Source of the DNA: an uncultured bacterium
GTDB lineage: Bacteria; Krumholzibacteriota; Krumholzibacteriia; JACNKJ01
Reading direction: 5' to 3'
DNA length: 64,000 nt
NCBI GenBank assembly: GCA_963695095.1
Contig: CAVOFT010000001.1
Span: 1,056,001 to 1,120,000, forward strand
Below are positions 1-9,822 of the stretch, piece by piece. Both the position numbers and the translations under genes were made by a program. Numbering within the stretch: position 1 is the first letter of the stretch; the number at the start of each line of letters is the position of its first letter. The notes under the pieces are model-generated. The model was given only the letters and a program-made list of their open reading frames with translations, was not told the origin of the DNA and made no database searches.

Positions 1-520
1 TCCCGGTGTGGATGTCGTCGGGGACGTCATGGCCCCGGAGACCCTGGGCAGCCTGTCCCTGGAGATCGCGCAGGGTGTGGTGCTGGCGCTCGACTCGGAC
101 GCCACGACCCTCTTCGCCACCGTCTTCCTGCGCGATCGCAGCCACGGCGTGCCCATCCTGGCGCGCGTGAACGAGCCCGAAAATCTGGAGAAGATCCATC
201 GCGCCGGCGCGGATTTCGCGCTCTCCTTCAGCCAGGTCGCCGGCAGCTTGCTGGTGGGCAAATTGCTCGGTCGCGAGACGCTCGAGCTCGATCCCCAGCT
301 CAAGTTGCGGACGGTGGCCGGTCGGGCGTTCGGGAAGCAACACCCCTCCGCACTCGATCTGCGCACTCGCACGGGCTGCAGCATCGTCGGCGTGGAGCGT
401 GGCGAGCAGCTGTTCACCGAGTTCGACGCGGACTTTCGTTTCGAGGCAGGCGACGAGGTCTTCGTCTGCGGCAGCCAGGGCGGCATCGCCCGCTTCGAAA
501 AGGCCTACGATCTCGTTTAG
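1..520 (+). CDS. TrkA-N/TrkA-C (RCK) domain potassium transport regulator, 5' truncated
   Basis: ILARVNEPENLEKIHRAGAD (RCK-N end) and GCSIVGVERGE...GDEVFVCG (TrkA-C); runs off the window edge. Confidence 0.85.
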   Translation, partial: PGVDVVGDVMAPETLGSLSLEIAQGVVLALDSDATTLFATVFLRDRSHGVPILARVNEPENLEKIHRAGADFALSFSQVAGSLLVGKLLGRETLELDPQLKLRTVAGRAFGKQHPSALDLRTRTGCSIVGVERGEQLFTEFDADFRFEAGDEVFVCGSQGGIARFEKAYDLV

Positions 521-727
521 CGGCCCTGACCCGGTCCCGATGACATGGAGCTCTCCACACCAATCTGGTGGGAGTGGCGGCAGCGGGCTACGGCCTCCTT
601 CGCATCGCGGCCGGCGATGCCGCCGTGTCGGTGCTCTACCAGAAGCTCGACGGCAATCCTGCCTTCGGCGGCCGGCTCGCGCTCGAGCGGATCACCCGGA
701 TCGGGCGGTGGGTCATGGAAGGCGCTC

Positions 728-1186
728 TTGACAATTAGTCGGCGGGGCTGGGGCTGGATCCTCGTCCAGCTGGCGATCTTCGCGTTGATCCTGTGGGCGC
801 CGTCGAGCGGGCGGACGCGCTTTCCCGGCCCGATCCGCTGGCTGGGGCCGCTCCTGATCCTCAGCGGCGCCTGGCTGGGCGCGGGCGGCCTGCTGGCGCT
901 GGGCCCCGCCCTCAGCATCTTCCCCGAGCCGCGCGCCGGCGGCCGCCTGACCGCGGCGGGGGTCTACACGCGGGTTCGGCACCCGATGTACGGTGGTTTG
1001 GTGCTGGGATCGCTGGGCCTGGCCCTCTGGCGGGGCAGCCTGATCGGCGTGGGGCTGGCCCTCGCGCTCCTGCTCTTCTTCGATCGCAAGTCGCGCCACG
1101 AGGAGCGGCGGCTCGAAGCCCGCTTCCCCAGCTACGCCGACTACCGGCGACAGGTGGGGAAGCGGCTCCTGCCCTGGATCTACTAG
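728..1186 (+). CDS. isoprenylcysteine carboxyl methyltransferase (ICMT/PEMT) family membrane protein
   Basis: GVYTRVRHPMYGG, EERRLEARFPSYADYRRQV motifs; probable TTG start at 728. Confidence 0.85.
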   Translation: MTISRRGWGWILVQLAIFALILWAPSSGRTRFPGPIRWLGPLLILSGAWLGAGGLLALGPALSIFPEPRAGGRLTAAGVYTRVRHPMYGGLVLGSLGLALWRGSLIGVGLALALLLFFDRKSRHEERRLEARFPSYADYRRQVGKRLLPWIY

Positions 1187-1746
1187 CTCTGCTTGCCGGG
1201 CTTCGCCTTGCTCCCTGCGGCCGGCTGCTTGGCCTCGGCCTCGGCCGCGGCAATCAGGCCCTCGATCTTCGCCTTGAGCTGCGGCACGCCACGGGGGTCG
1301 AAGCCGACGGCGCTATGGGCGACCTTGCCATCCGGGCCGATCACGAAGGCGCTGGGGATGCTCTGCACGCCGAAGCGCGTGGCCACCTTGCCGCCCTCGT
1401 CAAAGACCGAGGGGAAGCCCGCCTGCTGCGCCTCCAAGAACTTGAGGCCGTCGGCGGCCTTGCGGTCCAGGCTCACGGCCAGCACGCGGAAGGGGCGGCC
1501 CTTGTACTCCTTGTGCAGGGCCTGCACCTCGGGGAAGGAGCGCCGGCAGGGTCCGCACCAGCTCGCCCAGAAGTCGAGGTAGACGACCTGCCCGCGCAGT
1601 TCCGAAAGGGTGTAGGTCTCCTTGCCGTCCAGGCTGCTGAGCGTGAAGTCGGGCGCCTGCTCGCCGACGGGCGTGAGCGCGAGCGCCGGCTGCGCCAGAC
1701 CGAGAGTCATGGCGAGGAGAGCGAGGCTGAGGAGGGTCTGCTTCAT
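1183..1746 (-). CDS. TlpA family disulfide reductase, exported
   Basis: Signal peptide, APDFTL, DFWASWCGPC. Confidence 0.92.
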   Translation of the reverse strand: MKQTLLSLALLAMTLGLAQPALALTPVGEQAPDFTLSSLDGKETYTLSELRGQVVYLDFWASWCGPCRRSFPEVQALHKEYKGRPFRVLAVSLDRKAADGLKFLEAQQAGFPSVFDEGGKVATRFGVQSIPSAFVIGPDGKVAHSAVGFDPRGVPQLKAKIEGLIAAAEAEAKQPAAGSKAKPGKQS

Positions 1747-1782
1747 CGGCGGGAGCTCCTTGGGTGTCGTGAGGTGCCGGCG

Positions 1783-2271
1783 CTACTCATTGTCGCGGGT
1801 GGCGCCGATCTCGGTCTGGGGGTTCTCTGCGGTTGCAAGGTCCGTGCTCGCGTTCAGCACGTAATGATGCTCGATGGGCACGCTCGGTTTCAACATCGCA
1901 CCCACCGAGCAGTAGCGCTCGTGGCTGAGGGCGATGGCCTTCTCGAGCTGCCGGGCCTTGACGTCGCCGCGCACGTGGACGGTCAAGTCCACCTTCGTGA
2001 AGACGCGCGGCGGCTCGGGCGCCCGCTGGGCCCTGGCCTCGATGCGGAAATCCACCACGCGGGCCCGCATCTTCTCCAGCATGCCGAGCACGTCCATCGC
2101 CATGCAGCCGGCCAGGCCGGCCAGCACGAGCTCCACGGGCGAGGGTGCGGCGCCGTGGCCGCCGCCGGCCGGCGAGGTGTCCATGCTCAGCCAGTGGCCG
2201 CTGCCGCTGCGGGCGGCCAGGCTGAGGCCGTCCATGCGGACGAGGTCGATGCTCAAGCTGTCGTTCGCCAT
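1783..2271 (-). CDS. OsmC/YhfA family protein
   Basis: SPVELVLAGLAGC ... ERYCSV. Confidence 0.92.
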   Translation of the reverse strand: MANDSLSIDLVRMDGLSLAARSGSGHWLSMDTSPAGGGHGAAPSPVELVLAGLAGCMAMDVLGMLEKMRARVVDFRIEARAQRAPEPPRVFTKVDLTVHVRGDVKARQLEKAIALSHERYCSVGAMLKPSVPIEHHYVLNASTDLATAENPQTEIGATRDNE

Positions 2272-2308
2272 GTGGCTTCCTTTCCGGGACCGGGCTGCCG
2301 AGGCCGGG

Positions 2309-3346
2309 CTAGAGCAGGGCTTCCAGCTTGGCCAGCAGCGCGGGCTTCGGCATGGCGCCCACGATGCGGTCGGCCAGCTCGCCGTTCTTGAAGACCAGCA
2401 GGGTGGGGATCGACCGGATGTCGTACTCCGCCGGCACCTGCTGGTTCGCCTCGGTATCCAGCTTGCCGAAGACCATGCGGCCCGCCTGCTCGGCGGCCAG
2501 GGCCTCGACGATGGGCCCCACCATGCGGCAGGGGCCGCACCATTCGGCCCAGCAGTCCACGACGAGGAAGGGGTACTTCGCGACCGCGGCGGCGAAGTTC
2601 TCGTCGGTGATGACCAGGGGGGTGCTCGGGTCGTCGCCGAGCTTCATCTGCTCGGCGGCGCGGGCGGCGGCCGCCGCGAGCACGGCATCGGCGTCGCTGG
2701 CGCCGTAGCGCAGCACCTGGTCCACGAAGCTCTGCTCGGGCTGCCGGCCGAGCGTGCTGCTCGCCGGATCCTCGTTGATCACCTGCTGGGGGACGCTGCT
2801 TACCTGGAAGCGCTGGGCCAGTTCCATGTTCTCGGCGGCGCTGACGGCCACCGAGCGCACGCGGCCCTTGGCCTCGATGGCGATCTTGTGGTTCTGCAGC
2901 ACCGAGCCCGGGCAGTGGGGGCAGGTGGGGGTGACGAAGGAGTAGAGGAGCACGTCCTTGTCCAGGGCGGCCAGCTTGGCCTGGCTGTCGGGCGTCAGCT
3001 CGGAAGCGCCGCTGCCGATCAAGCCCAGGGTCTCGACCAGGGCGCCCGCCTCGTGACCGGTGGGGGCGCCGTGCACCTCGATGGCGTAGCCGAGCTCGGC
3101 GCCGAGCACGAGGCTGGGCGAGACGAGGCCGCGGGCGCGCTCGCTCTCGCCGAGGGTCCGCTCGCTCAACTCGATGCGGTCGCTGAGGGCCGCCAGTTCG
3201 CGCACGAACTGGCGCGTGAAGTCCACGGCCTCGGCATTCTCCTGGCCGGCGTAGAGCGTGATGTCCACGCTGCTCTGCAGGCGCTGGCCGAAGAAGTCGC
3301 GCAGGTTCTGTTCGGTCTGCTCGTCGATGAGCGGGGCGGCGTTCAT
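2309..3346 (-). CDS. protein disulfide oxidoreductase (AhpF-N/PDO-like) fused to thioredoxin
   Basis: FVTPTCPHCP...VSSVP in N-terminal part; DCWAEWCGPC...IRSIPTL in C-terminal Trx; ATG after GGAGG. Confidence 0.88.
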   Translation of the reverse strand: MNAAPLIDEQTEQNLRDFFGQRLQSSVDITLYAGQENAEAVDFTRQFVRELAALSDRIELSERTLGESERARGLVSPSLVLGAELGYAIEVHGAPTGHEAGALVETLGLIGSGASELTPDSQAKLAALDKDVLLYSFVTPTCPHCPGSVLQNHKIAIEAKGRVRSVAVSAAENMELAQRFQVSSVPQQVINEDPASSTLGRQPEQSFVDQVLRYGASDADAVLAAAAARAAEQMKLGDDPSTPLVITDENFAAAVAKYPFLVVDCWAEWCGPCRMVGPIVEALAAEQAGRMVFGKLDTEANQQVPAEYDIRSIPTLLVFKNGELADRIVGAMPKPALLAKLEALL

Positions 3347-3390
3347 GGTGCCTCCAGGGGCGGCGCGCTGGCGCCTGCCAAGCGTTCGGG

Positions 3391-3657
3391 TCAGGACTGG
3401 GTCTCGAGGGTGGCCAGGAGCGGGCTCACCAGGGGCTCGTTGAGCTGGTAGCAGAGGGTCTGCCCCTGCCGGCTCACGCTCACCAGCCCGCAGTCGCGCA
3501 GCACGCGCAGATGCTGGCTGACGTTGGACTGCCGGAGATCGAGCTGCCTCTCGATCTCGCCGACACAGCAGCCGCTGCGGGCGAGGAGGTCGAGGATGCG
3601 CAGGCGGGTGGGATGCCCCATCGCCCTGAGTCGCGCACTGGCCAGATCGAAGTCCAC
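3391..3657 (-). CDS. ArsR/SmtB family transcriptional regulator
   Basis: MGHPTRLRIL...QSNVSQHLRVLR; start uncertain (GTG 3657 or ATG 3687). Confidence 0.9.
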   Translation of the reverse strand: MDFDLASARLRAMGHPTRLRILDLLARSGCCVGEIERQLDLRQSNVSQHLRVLRDCGLVSVSRQGQTLCYQLNEPLVSPLLATLETQS

Positions 3658-3752
3658 GCTGCCCTGCTCCCGTCTGTATGAGATCATTCGCATATGCGCA
3701 TGGAATGATATACAGCCCGGGGCCACCTGTCAAGGCCCCTGTGAAGCCGGAT

Positions 3753-4319
3753 TCAGGACTTGATGTTCCTTGAACCCCAGAGCCGCAGGAGCGCAGCGCG
3801 GCGCTCAGCGGGGGGTAGGCCGCGCACCACCATCCGCTGGGGCAGCTTCTTCGCCCGGTACTCCTCGAGGCTCATCAGCACACGCGCCGGCACGCCGGCG
3901 GCTACGGAATGGGGGGGGATGTCCGTGGAGACCACGCTGCGGGCGCCGATCACGCAGTTCTCGCCGATGGTGACGCCCGGCATGATGATCGTGCCGACGC
4001 CGATGAAGACGTTGTCCTTCACCTCGATGGGGCCGAACACGTCGAAGTCGGGGTCCTCCTGCCGGAATACCCAGGTGCCGCCGTCGTGGGTGATGAAGCG
4101 GACCTCAGCCGTCACGGTGACATGATTGCCGATGCGAACCAGGTAAGGCTCCGAGCCGAACATCTCGTAGGGATTCTTCGTGAAGATGCGGCAGCGCTCG
4201 CCGATCTGCAGGCCATACTCGCGCAGGAAGGCCGCGTTGTTCGATTCGTTGAGCCCCATTCGCCGCAGGCGGATGCCCTGATTCAGCCAGAACTGCCGTA
4301 GTTGACGAATCGCGCTCAT
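3753..4319 (-). CDS. hexapeptide-repeat acyltransferase (polysaccharide O-acetyltransferase-like)
   Basis: FGSEPYLVRIG, FITHDGG, IGENCVIGARSVV...GVPAR. Confidence 0.9.
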   Translation of the reverse strand: MSAIRQLRQFWLNQGIRLRRMGLNESNNAAFLREYGLQIGERCRIFTKNPYEMFGSEPYLVRIGNHVTVTAEVRFITHDGGTWVFRQEDPDFDVFGPIEVKDNVFIGVGTIIMPGVTIGENCVIGARSVVSTDIPPHSVAAGVPARVLMSLEEYRAKKLPQRMVVRGLPPAERRAALLRLWGSRNIKS

Positions 4320-4397
4320 GGCGGGAGTATCCGCCGCAGTTCGCTGGAGGGCAAGGCGATTCAGGCCGGCGGACCGGCGGACAGCGGAGGTGTCGCT

Positions 4398-6119
4398 GTG
4401 AGTGCATTCCTGTTGCAGCTCGGCGCTGAAGGTCACCGGGATTCCGGTCCGCGCCGGCCCCCACCCGCGTATCAAGCCCTCCTGGCCACCCGGGGCCTGC
4501 GCACCGTGAAGACCTACGAGGGTCAGAACTTCAGCCTCTGGCTTGCCGATACCGGAGCAAATGAGGGGGAGGGCTGGCTCGACCTGCCCGGCGGCTTCCT
4601 CGCCGCGCTTGGGGTGCTGCTCTACCGGGGCTACCGGGGCCGGGCCGCTCTCGAGCGGCTCGCTTCGGATCTAGCGGCAGGTGATGATCCCGAGCCTCAG
4701 CTCGCCGGTACCTTCGTGCTGATCCACTGGACCGGGGAACGGCTCACGATCCGCAGCGATCAACTGGGCTACTATCAGGTCTATGCCGACGAGCAGGGCA
4801 GCACCTTCAGCAGCTCCCTGCTCGCCTGCCTTCCGACCGGCCGACCGCCGCGAGTTTCCGCCCAGGAGCTCTACGAGTACGTCCTCTACGGCTTCTGCTT
4901 CGGATCGCAGCTGCCCTTCATCGGCCTGCGCACGCTGGCGCCGGGTAGCGTCCGGCAGTTGCTGCCCGAGCCCGGCGTCCGGCCACTCCCGCCTTCCTTC
5001 GCGCCCCTCGATCCCGCCCGCCGCTTCGAGGCCCTGCTGGAGGAAGTCCGCGCGAGCCTCCTGGACTACTTCGGCATGGTGAGCGCGGCCTTCGACGGCA
5101 GCCTCACCTGCGCGCTGTCCGGCGGCTACGACAGCCGCCTGATGCTGGCCGCGCTGCGCGCCCTCGGTATCCAGCCCAAGCTCTATGTCTACGGCGGGGA
5201 GCAGCACCCTGACGTGCGAGTGGCCAAGGCGATCGCCGCCGGCGAGGGCTTCCCGCTCGAGCACGTGGACAAGTCGGGCTGGCCCCGCGTCCCGCCCGAG
5301 CGCTGGCGCGAACTCGTCCTGCGCGACTGGGCCGTGTTCGATGGGCTCAAGGCCACGGGCATCTTCGACAACGGCTCGGACTGCGCCACGCGCAAGGCGC
5401 GAGCGACCACGGCCAAGCTACAGCTCAACGGCGCGGGCGGGGAGATCTACCGCGAGATCTGGCACCTGCCGAATCGCCGGCTCCGGATCCAGGATTTCCT
5501 GCACGCGCGCTACGATCCGGGCGACTTCAGCTTCTGCACGGACCGCTTCGATCGCCGGGAGTTCTATGCGCGGCTCGAAACGAAGGTGCGGGCCCTGCTG
5601 CGGATCGATAGGCCTTGGCTCAGGCGCGTCGAGCTGGAGATGCTCTTCCCGCTGCTTCGCAATCGCTTCGCCGGGGCCAACACGGCGATCAACAGCCAGT
5701 GGGGGCCGGCCCTGCTGCCCTTCATGGAGCCGCGCTTCGTCTTTCCCAGCTACGGGATTCCCATCCGCTTCAAGGAGCACGGTCGCTTCAACGCGGCGCT
5801 GATTCGCAGCCTGGATCCCGCGCTGGCCCGCTATCCTTCCGCCTATGGCTGGGACTTCGCGGGCGCGCCGCCGCTGATGGCGCGGCTGCGCAGCCGGGCG
5901 CAGCAGAACGTGCCGATCTCCTGGCGGCTCTCCCGGCGCCGCCAGCGCTACCTGGGCCGGCCGGTCCCCTACTATCTGGAGGCTCCCTACCTGAAGGAGC
6001 TCTTCGGGAATCGTGAGCTGGCGATCCGCGAGTACCTCGATCCCGACCGCATCCACGATCCGGTCAAGAAAGCGCGGGCGCTGACGGCCGAACTTCTCCT
6101 CGGCGGGCACCTCAGCTGA
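4398..6119 (+). CDS. asparagine synthase-related amide ligase
   Basis: LSGGYDSR PP-loop, GAGGE, PFMEP; GTG start after GGAGG; no N-terminal catalytic Cys. Confidence 0.75.
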   Translation: MSAFLLQLGAEGHRDSGPRRPPPAYQALLATRGLRTVKTYEGQNFSLWLADTGANEGEGWLDLPGGFLAALGVLLYRGYRGRAALERLASDLAAGDDPEPQLAGTFVLIHWTGERLTIRSDQLGYYQVYADEQGSTFSSSLLACLPTGRPPRVSAQELYEYVLYGFCFGSQLPFIGLRTLAPGSVRQLLPEPGVRPLPPSFAPLDPARRFEALLEEVRASLLDYFGMVSAAFDGSLTCALSGGYDSRLMLAALRALGIQPKLYVYGGEQHPDVRVAKAIAAGEGFPLEHVDKSGWPRVPPERWRELVLRDWAVFDGLKATGIFDNGSDCATRKARATTAKLQLNGAGGEIYREIWHLPNRRLRIQDFLHARYDPGDFSFCTDRFDRREFYARLETKVRALLRIDRPWLRRVELEMLFPLLRNRFAGANTAINSQWGPALLPFMEPRFVFPSYGIPIRFKEHGRFNAALIRSLDPALARYPSAYGWDFAGAPPLMARLRSRAQQNVPISWRLSRRRQRYLGRPVPYYLEAPYLKELFGNRELAIREYLDPDRIHDPVKKARALTAELLLGGHLS

Positions 6120-7038
6120 GGCTCGGCGGCGGGGCCCCCCCGGCAGCCGGCCCCGGCGCGAGCGCCGCCAGGAATCCCCGCGCCGCCGGCGCCAGCTCCG
6201 TCTCCGGGCGGTGAAGGATGCGGATCGGCCGGCTGGCGCTGAGCCCGGGCAGGCTGGGCCGCGCGAGCTCGCTCGCGCCCGGAGCGTCCGCCAGCAGCCG
6301 TTCGGGGAGCACGGCCAGGCCGAGCCCCGCCCGCACCATCTGCAAGATGGCCTCCGGGCGATCGATCTCCATCAGCACGGGAAAGGGCAGGCCGGCCGCA
6401 GCGAAGGCGGCCTCGATGAGCCCGCGCGTCACCGAGCGGCGGGGGTAGCTGATCCAGCCGAGCGCCGCGACGGCGGCGGGCGCGGGCGCGGGGCCCAGGC
6501 TCGCGAGCAGGTCTGCCGGCGCGACGACGGCCAGGGGATCATCGCGGTAGCTGCGCCCCGCCAGGCCGGTCGGCGTCTCCGCGGCCAGCACGAAGGCCAG
6601 ATCCAGCGCTCCTTCACGCAGGGCCGCCGTGAGGGCGCGGCTGCCGTCCACGCGCACGGAGATGGCGAGGCCCGGGTGGGCGCGCTTGAAGGCGCGCAGA
6701 GGATCCGGCAGATGGTAGATCGCCGCCACGTCGACGGCGCCGATGGCCAGCCGCCCACTGAGCAGGCCGCTCAGCTCGGCCACGGCCTGCCTGCCTTCGG
6801 CGAAGCGGCGCAGGATGTCCCGGGCGATGGGCAGCAGGGCCTGGCCTGCGGCGCTGAGGCGGAGCTGGGCCCCGCGGCCGCCCGCCGGGCGCAGCAGCAG
6901 GGGCTCGCCGACCTCCGCCTCCAGAGCCCGCAGGGCCTGGCTCACGGCCGACTGGGTGACGAAGAGCCGCCCCGCGGCGGCGTGGAAGCTGCCGGCGTCG
7001 ACGACGGCCAGGAAGCACTCCAGCTGACGGCGTTCCAT
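6112..7038 (-). CDS. LysR family transcriptional regulator
   Basis: MERRQLECFLAVVDAGSFHAAAGRLFVTQSAVSQ HTH plus substrate-binding domain. Confidence 0.95.
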   Translation of the reverse strand: MERRQLECFLAVVDAGSFHAAAGRLFVTQSAVSQALRALEAEVGEPLLLRPAGGRGAQLRLSAAGQALLPIARDILRRFAEGRQAVAELSGLLSGRLAIGAVDVAAIYHLPDPLRAFKRAHPGLAISVRVDGSRALTAALREGALDLAFVLAAETPTGLAGRSYRDDPLAVVAPADLLASLGPAPAPAAVAALGWISYPRRSVTRGLIEAAFAAAGLPFPVLMEIDRPEAILQMVRAGLGLAVLPERLLADAPGASELARPSLPGLSASRPIRILHRPETELAPAARGFLAALAPGPAAGGAPPPSLS

Positions 7039-7149
7039 CGCACCTCCATGATAAGCTTGGCTAATGGATACGATAACTACAATGAGATGGACTGATGGGT
7101 CAAGTCCGCCTATGCTCGGCGCCGGTCCCGACTCCCTGGAGGTCTCCGC

Positions 7150-8470
7150 ATGAGCATGAGTCCGCGCACGATCCAGCCCGCCAAGGGCAAGCTGGGGGTT
7201 CTCACGCCCGGCATGGGCGCCGTCGCCACCACCTTCTACGCCGGCGTCGAGCTGGCCAGGCAGGGCCTGGGCAAGCCCTTCGGCAGCCTGACGCAGATGG
7301 CCCACATCCGCCTGGGCAAGCGCACCGAGGATCGCAGCCCCATGATCAAGGACTTCGTGCCGCTGGTGCCCATGACCGACCTGGTCTTCGGCGGCTGGGA
7401 CATCTTCCCCGACAACGCCTACGAGGCGGCCATGAAGGCCGGCGTGCTGCCCGCCGAGCAGCTCGAACGCGGTGAAGGGCTTCCTCAGCGGCATCAAGCC
7501 GATGCCGGCCGTCTTCGACCAGAAGTGGGTGAAGAAGATCGACGGCCCGAACAAGAAGAAGGGCGCCAACTGGATGGAGCTGGCCGAGCAGCTCCGCGCG
7601 GACATCCGCAACTTCAAGAAGGCGAACGGCTGCGACCGGCTGGTGATGGTCTGGTGCGCGAGCACCGAGATCTTCCTCAAGGCGGGCGCCGGCGCACGAG
7701 AGCATCGCGAGTCTGGAGAAGGCCATGCAGGAGAACGATCCCTCGATCGCGCCGAGCATGGTCTACGCCTACGCGGCGATCATGGAGGGCGTGCCCTTCG
7801 CCAACGGCGCGCCCAACCTCACCGTCGACTATCCCGGCGATGGTGGAGCTGGCCCGCCGCGAGGGCGTGCCCATCGGCGGCAAGGACTTCAAGACCGGCC
7901 AGACCCTGATGAAGACCATCCTCGCGCCCGGCTTCAAGGCGCGCATGCTGGGCATCAGCGGCTGGTTCTCGCACGAACATCCTGGGCAATCGCGACGGCG
8001 AGGTGCTCGACGATCCCGAGTCCTTCAAGACGAAGGAGGAGAGCAAGCTCTCCGTGCTCGACACGATCCTGCAGCCCAAGCTCTACCCCGATCTCTACGG
8101 CAAGCTCTACCACAAGGTGCGGATCAACTACTATCCGCCGCGGGGGGACAACAAGGAGGGCTGGGACAACATCGACATCTTCGGCTGGATGGGCAACCCG
8201 ATGCAGATCAAGGTGGACTTCCTCTGCCGCGACTCCATCCTCGCCGCGCCCATCGTGCTCGACCTCGCGCTCTTCATGGACCTGGCCAAGCGCGCCGGCA
8301 TGAGGGGCATCCAGGAGTGGCTGAGCTTCTACTTCAAGAGCCCGCAGGCGGCCGCGGGGCTCTACCCCGAGCACGATCTGTTCATCCAGCTCATGAAGCT
8401 GAAGAACAACCTGCGCCACCTGATGGGCGAGGACCTGATCACCCACCTGGGCACCGAGTACTACGACTAG
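7150..8470 (+). CDS. ino1: myo-inositol-1-phosphate synthase (4 apparent +1 frameshifts near 7467, 7695, 7832, 7971)
   Basis: GMGAVATT, FGGWD, GKDFKTGQT, TNILGNRDG, GDNKEGWD, CRDSILAAP spread over three frames. Confidence 0.9.
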
Positions 8471-8499
8471 ACCCTGCGTGCGGCAATCGCAAGGGTGAG

Positions 8500-8530
8500 A
8501 GGGCCTCGGGGGACAGTCCCCGGGGCCTTT
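8500..8530 (+). terminator. intrinsic terminator after ino1
   Basis: GGCCTCGGGGGAC/GTCCCCGGGGCC hairpin followed by TTTGTCGTT. Confidence 0.6.
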
Positions 8531-8596
8531 GTCGTTCGGCGCCGGCCGGCCTCGCCGGCCTTGACGACGGACGGCGGCGCTCGCTAACCTGTTCGC

Positions 8597-9718
8597 ATGA
8601 TCCATCGCTCGCGCCTGCTCTGCGCGCTGGCCGCGCTACTCCCGCTCCTGGCTGCTCCGCCCGGCCACGGCGCCGAGGAGCCGCCTCGCATCGTCTTCGC
8701 CGAGACCGCCCACGATTTCGGCGAGGTCGAGGAGGGCGTGGAGCTGCAGCAGCGCTTCCGCTTCCGCAACGCCGGCGGGGGCATCCTCGAGGCCAGGGGC
8801 GGCTGAGCCTGCTCGGCCGTGCTGGTCAGCGCGGTGGACGATCCGGCGAGCGGCGGCGAGTGGATCCAGGGGCCGGTGCGTCTCGGCCCCCGCGAGGAGG
8901 GCGAGGCCCTGGTCACGCTGAAGCCCCTCGGCTTCGGCCGCTGGTCCAAGGTGGTCACCGTGGCCAGCAACGACCTCAGCCGGCCAAAGGCCCGACTCAC
9001 CTTTTCCGCCACGATTCGCAGCCGCTTCGCCGTCGAGCCCCGTGTGCTCCAGCTCGACCGGCTGCCGGCCGACAGCGACACCGTGCTCGTCGTGGCGATC
9101 ACTCCCCGCCATCCGGAGGGCTTTCGCATCCTCGGTGTCGAGGTCAATCCGCCGCCCGTGCCGGACCCGCTGGGGGAGGATGTCCGGCGCGAGCCGGCTC
9201 AGGCACGGGGCGGCGCACCCTTCACTGTTGCCCTGCGGCCGCCCGCAGTCGCCGCGCCGGAGAGCATGGACGCGCGCTGGCTGCTCGAGATCCGACTGGC
9301 GCCCGCTGCGCAGCCGGGACGGCTCAACGAGCGCATCCGCGTGATGACCAGCGACCCGGTCGTGCCGGATATCGAGCTTGCCGTCCTGGGCGAGCTGACA
9401 GGTGCGCTGGGCTTCCCGGAGCGCCTGGAGATCGCCGGCCGCTTCGCCGGCGTGCCCGCCAGCGGCACCCTGCCCATCCGCCGCCTGAGCGGGCCGCCCT
9501 TTCGGATTCTCAGCGCCACCGCCAACGACGTCCACTTGCGTATCGCCGTCGTGACGCTCACGCAGGGCGAGGCCTACGACATCGAGATCACCGTGCTGCC
9601 GGACATGCCCAGGGGGCGCCACAGCTGCCTGCTGCTCGTCGAGACCGATCGACCGGATCAACGGCAGATCAGCATTCCGCTGCTGGTGCGCCTGGGCCGC
9701 GAGAATCAGGGCGATTGA
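8597..9718 (+). CDS. DUF1573 domain secreted protein with in-frame UGA at 8804-8806 (candidate selenocysteine)
   Basis: Signal peptide, HDFGEV...FRFRNAG; ORFs 8597-8806 and 8819-9718 are in the same frame; UGA gives G-G-U-A-C. Confidence 0.75.
8816..8835 (+). promoter_or_regulatory. putative bacterial SECIS hairpin
   Basis: GCCGTGCT-GGTC-AGCGCGGT: 8-bp stem with GGUC loop starting 17 nt after the UGA. Confidence 0.65.
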
Positions 9719-9822
9719 GGCGACTTCGCGTGATTCCCGGTCCGCTGCCGTGTCCCACCGCTCATGGAGAGCCGACTCGCCGCGTCTGCGGACCGGGCCG
9801 GCGATTGCCCCAGGGAGGCACC

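Noticed and set aside
4398..6119. Lasso peptide cyclase
   Set aside because: No adjacent B1/B2 (PqqD/transglutaminase) genes or precursor peptide were found.
9736..9797. 10-bp inverted repeat CCCGGTCCGC/GCGGACCGGG upstream of the propeller gene as a riboswitch
   Set aside because: No recognisable riboswitch consensus; a single GC-rich stem is insufficient.
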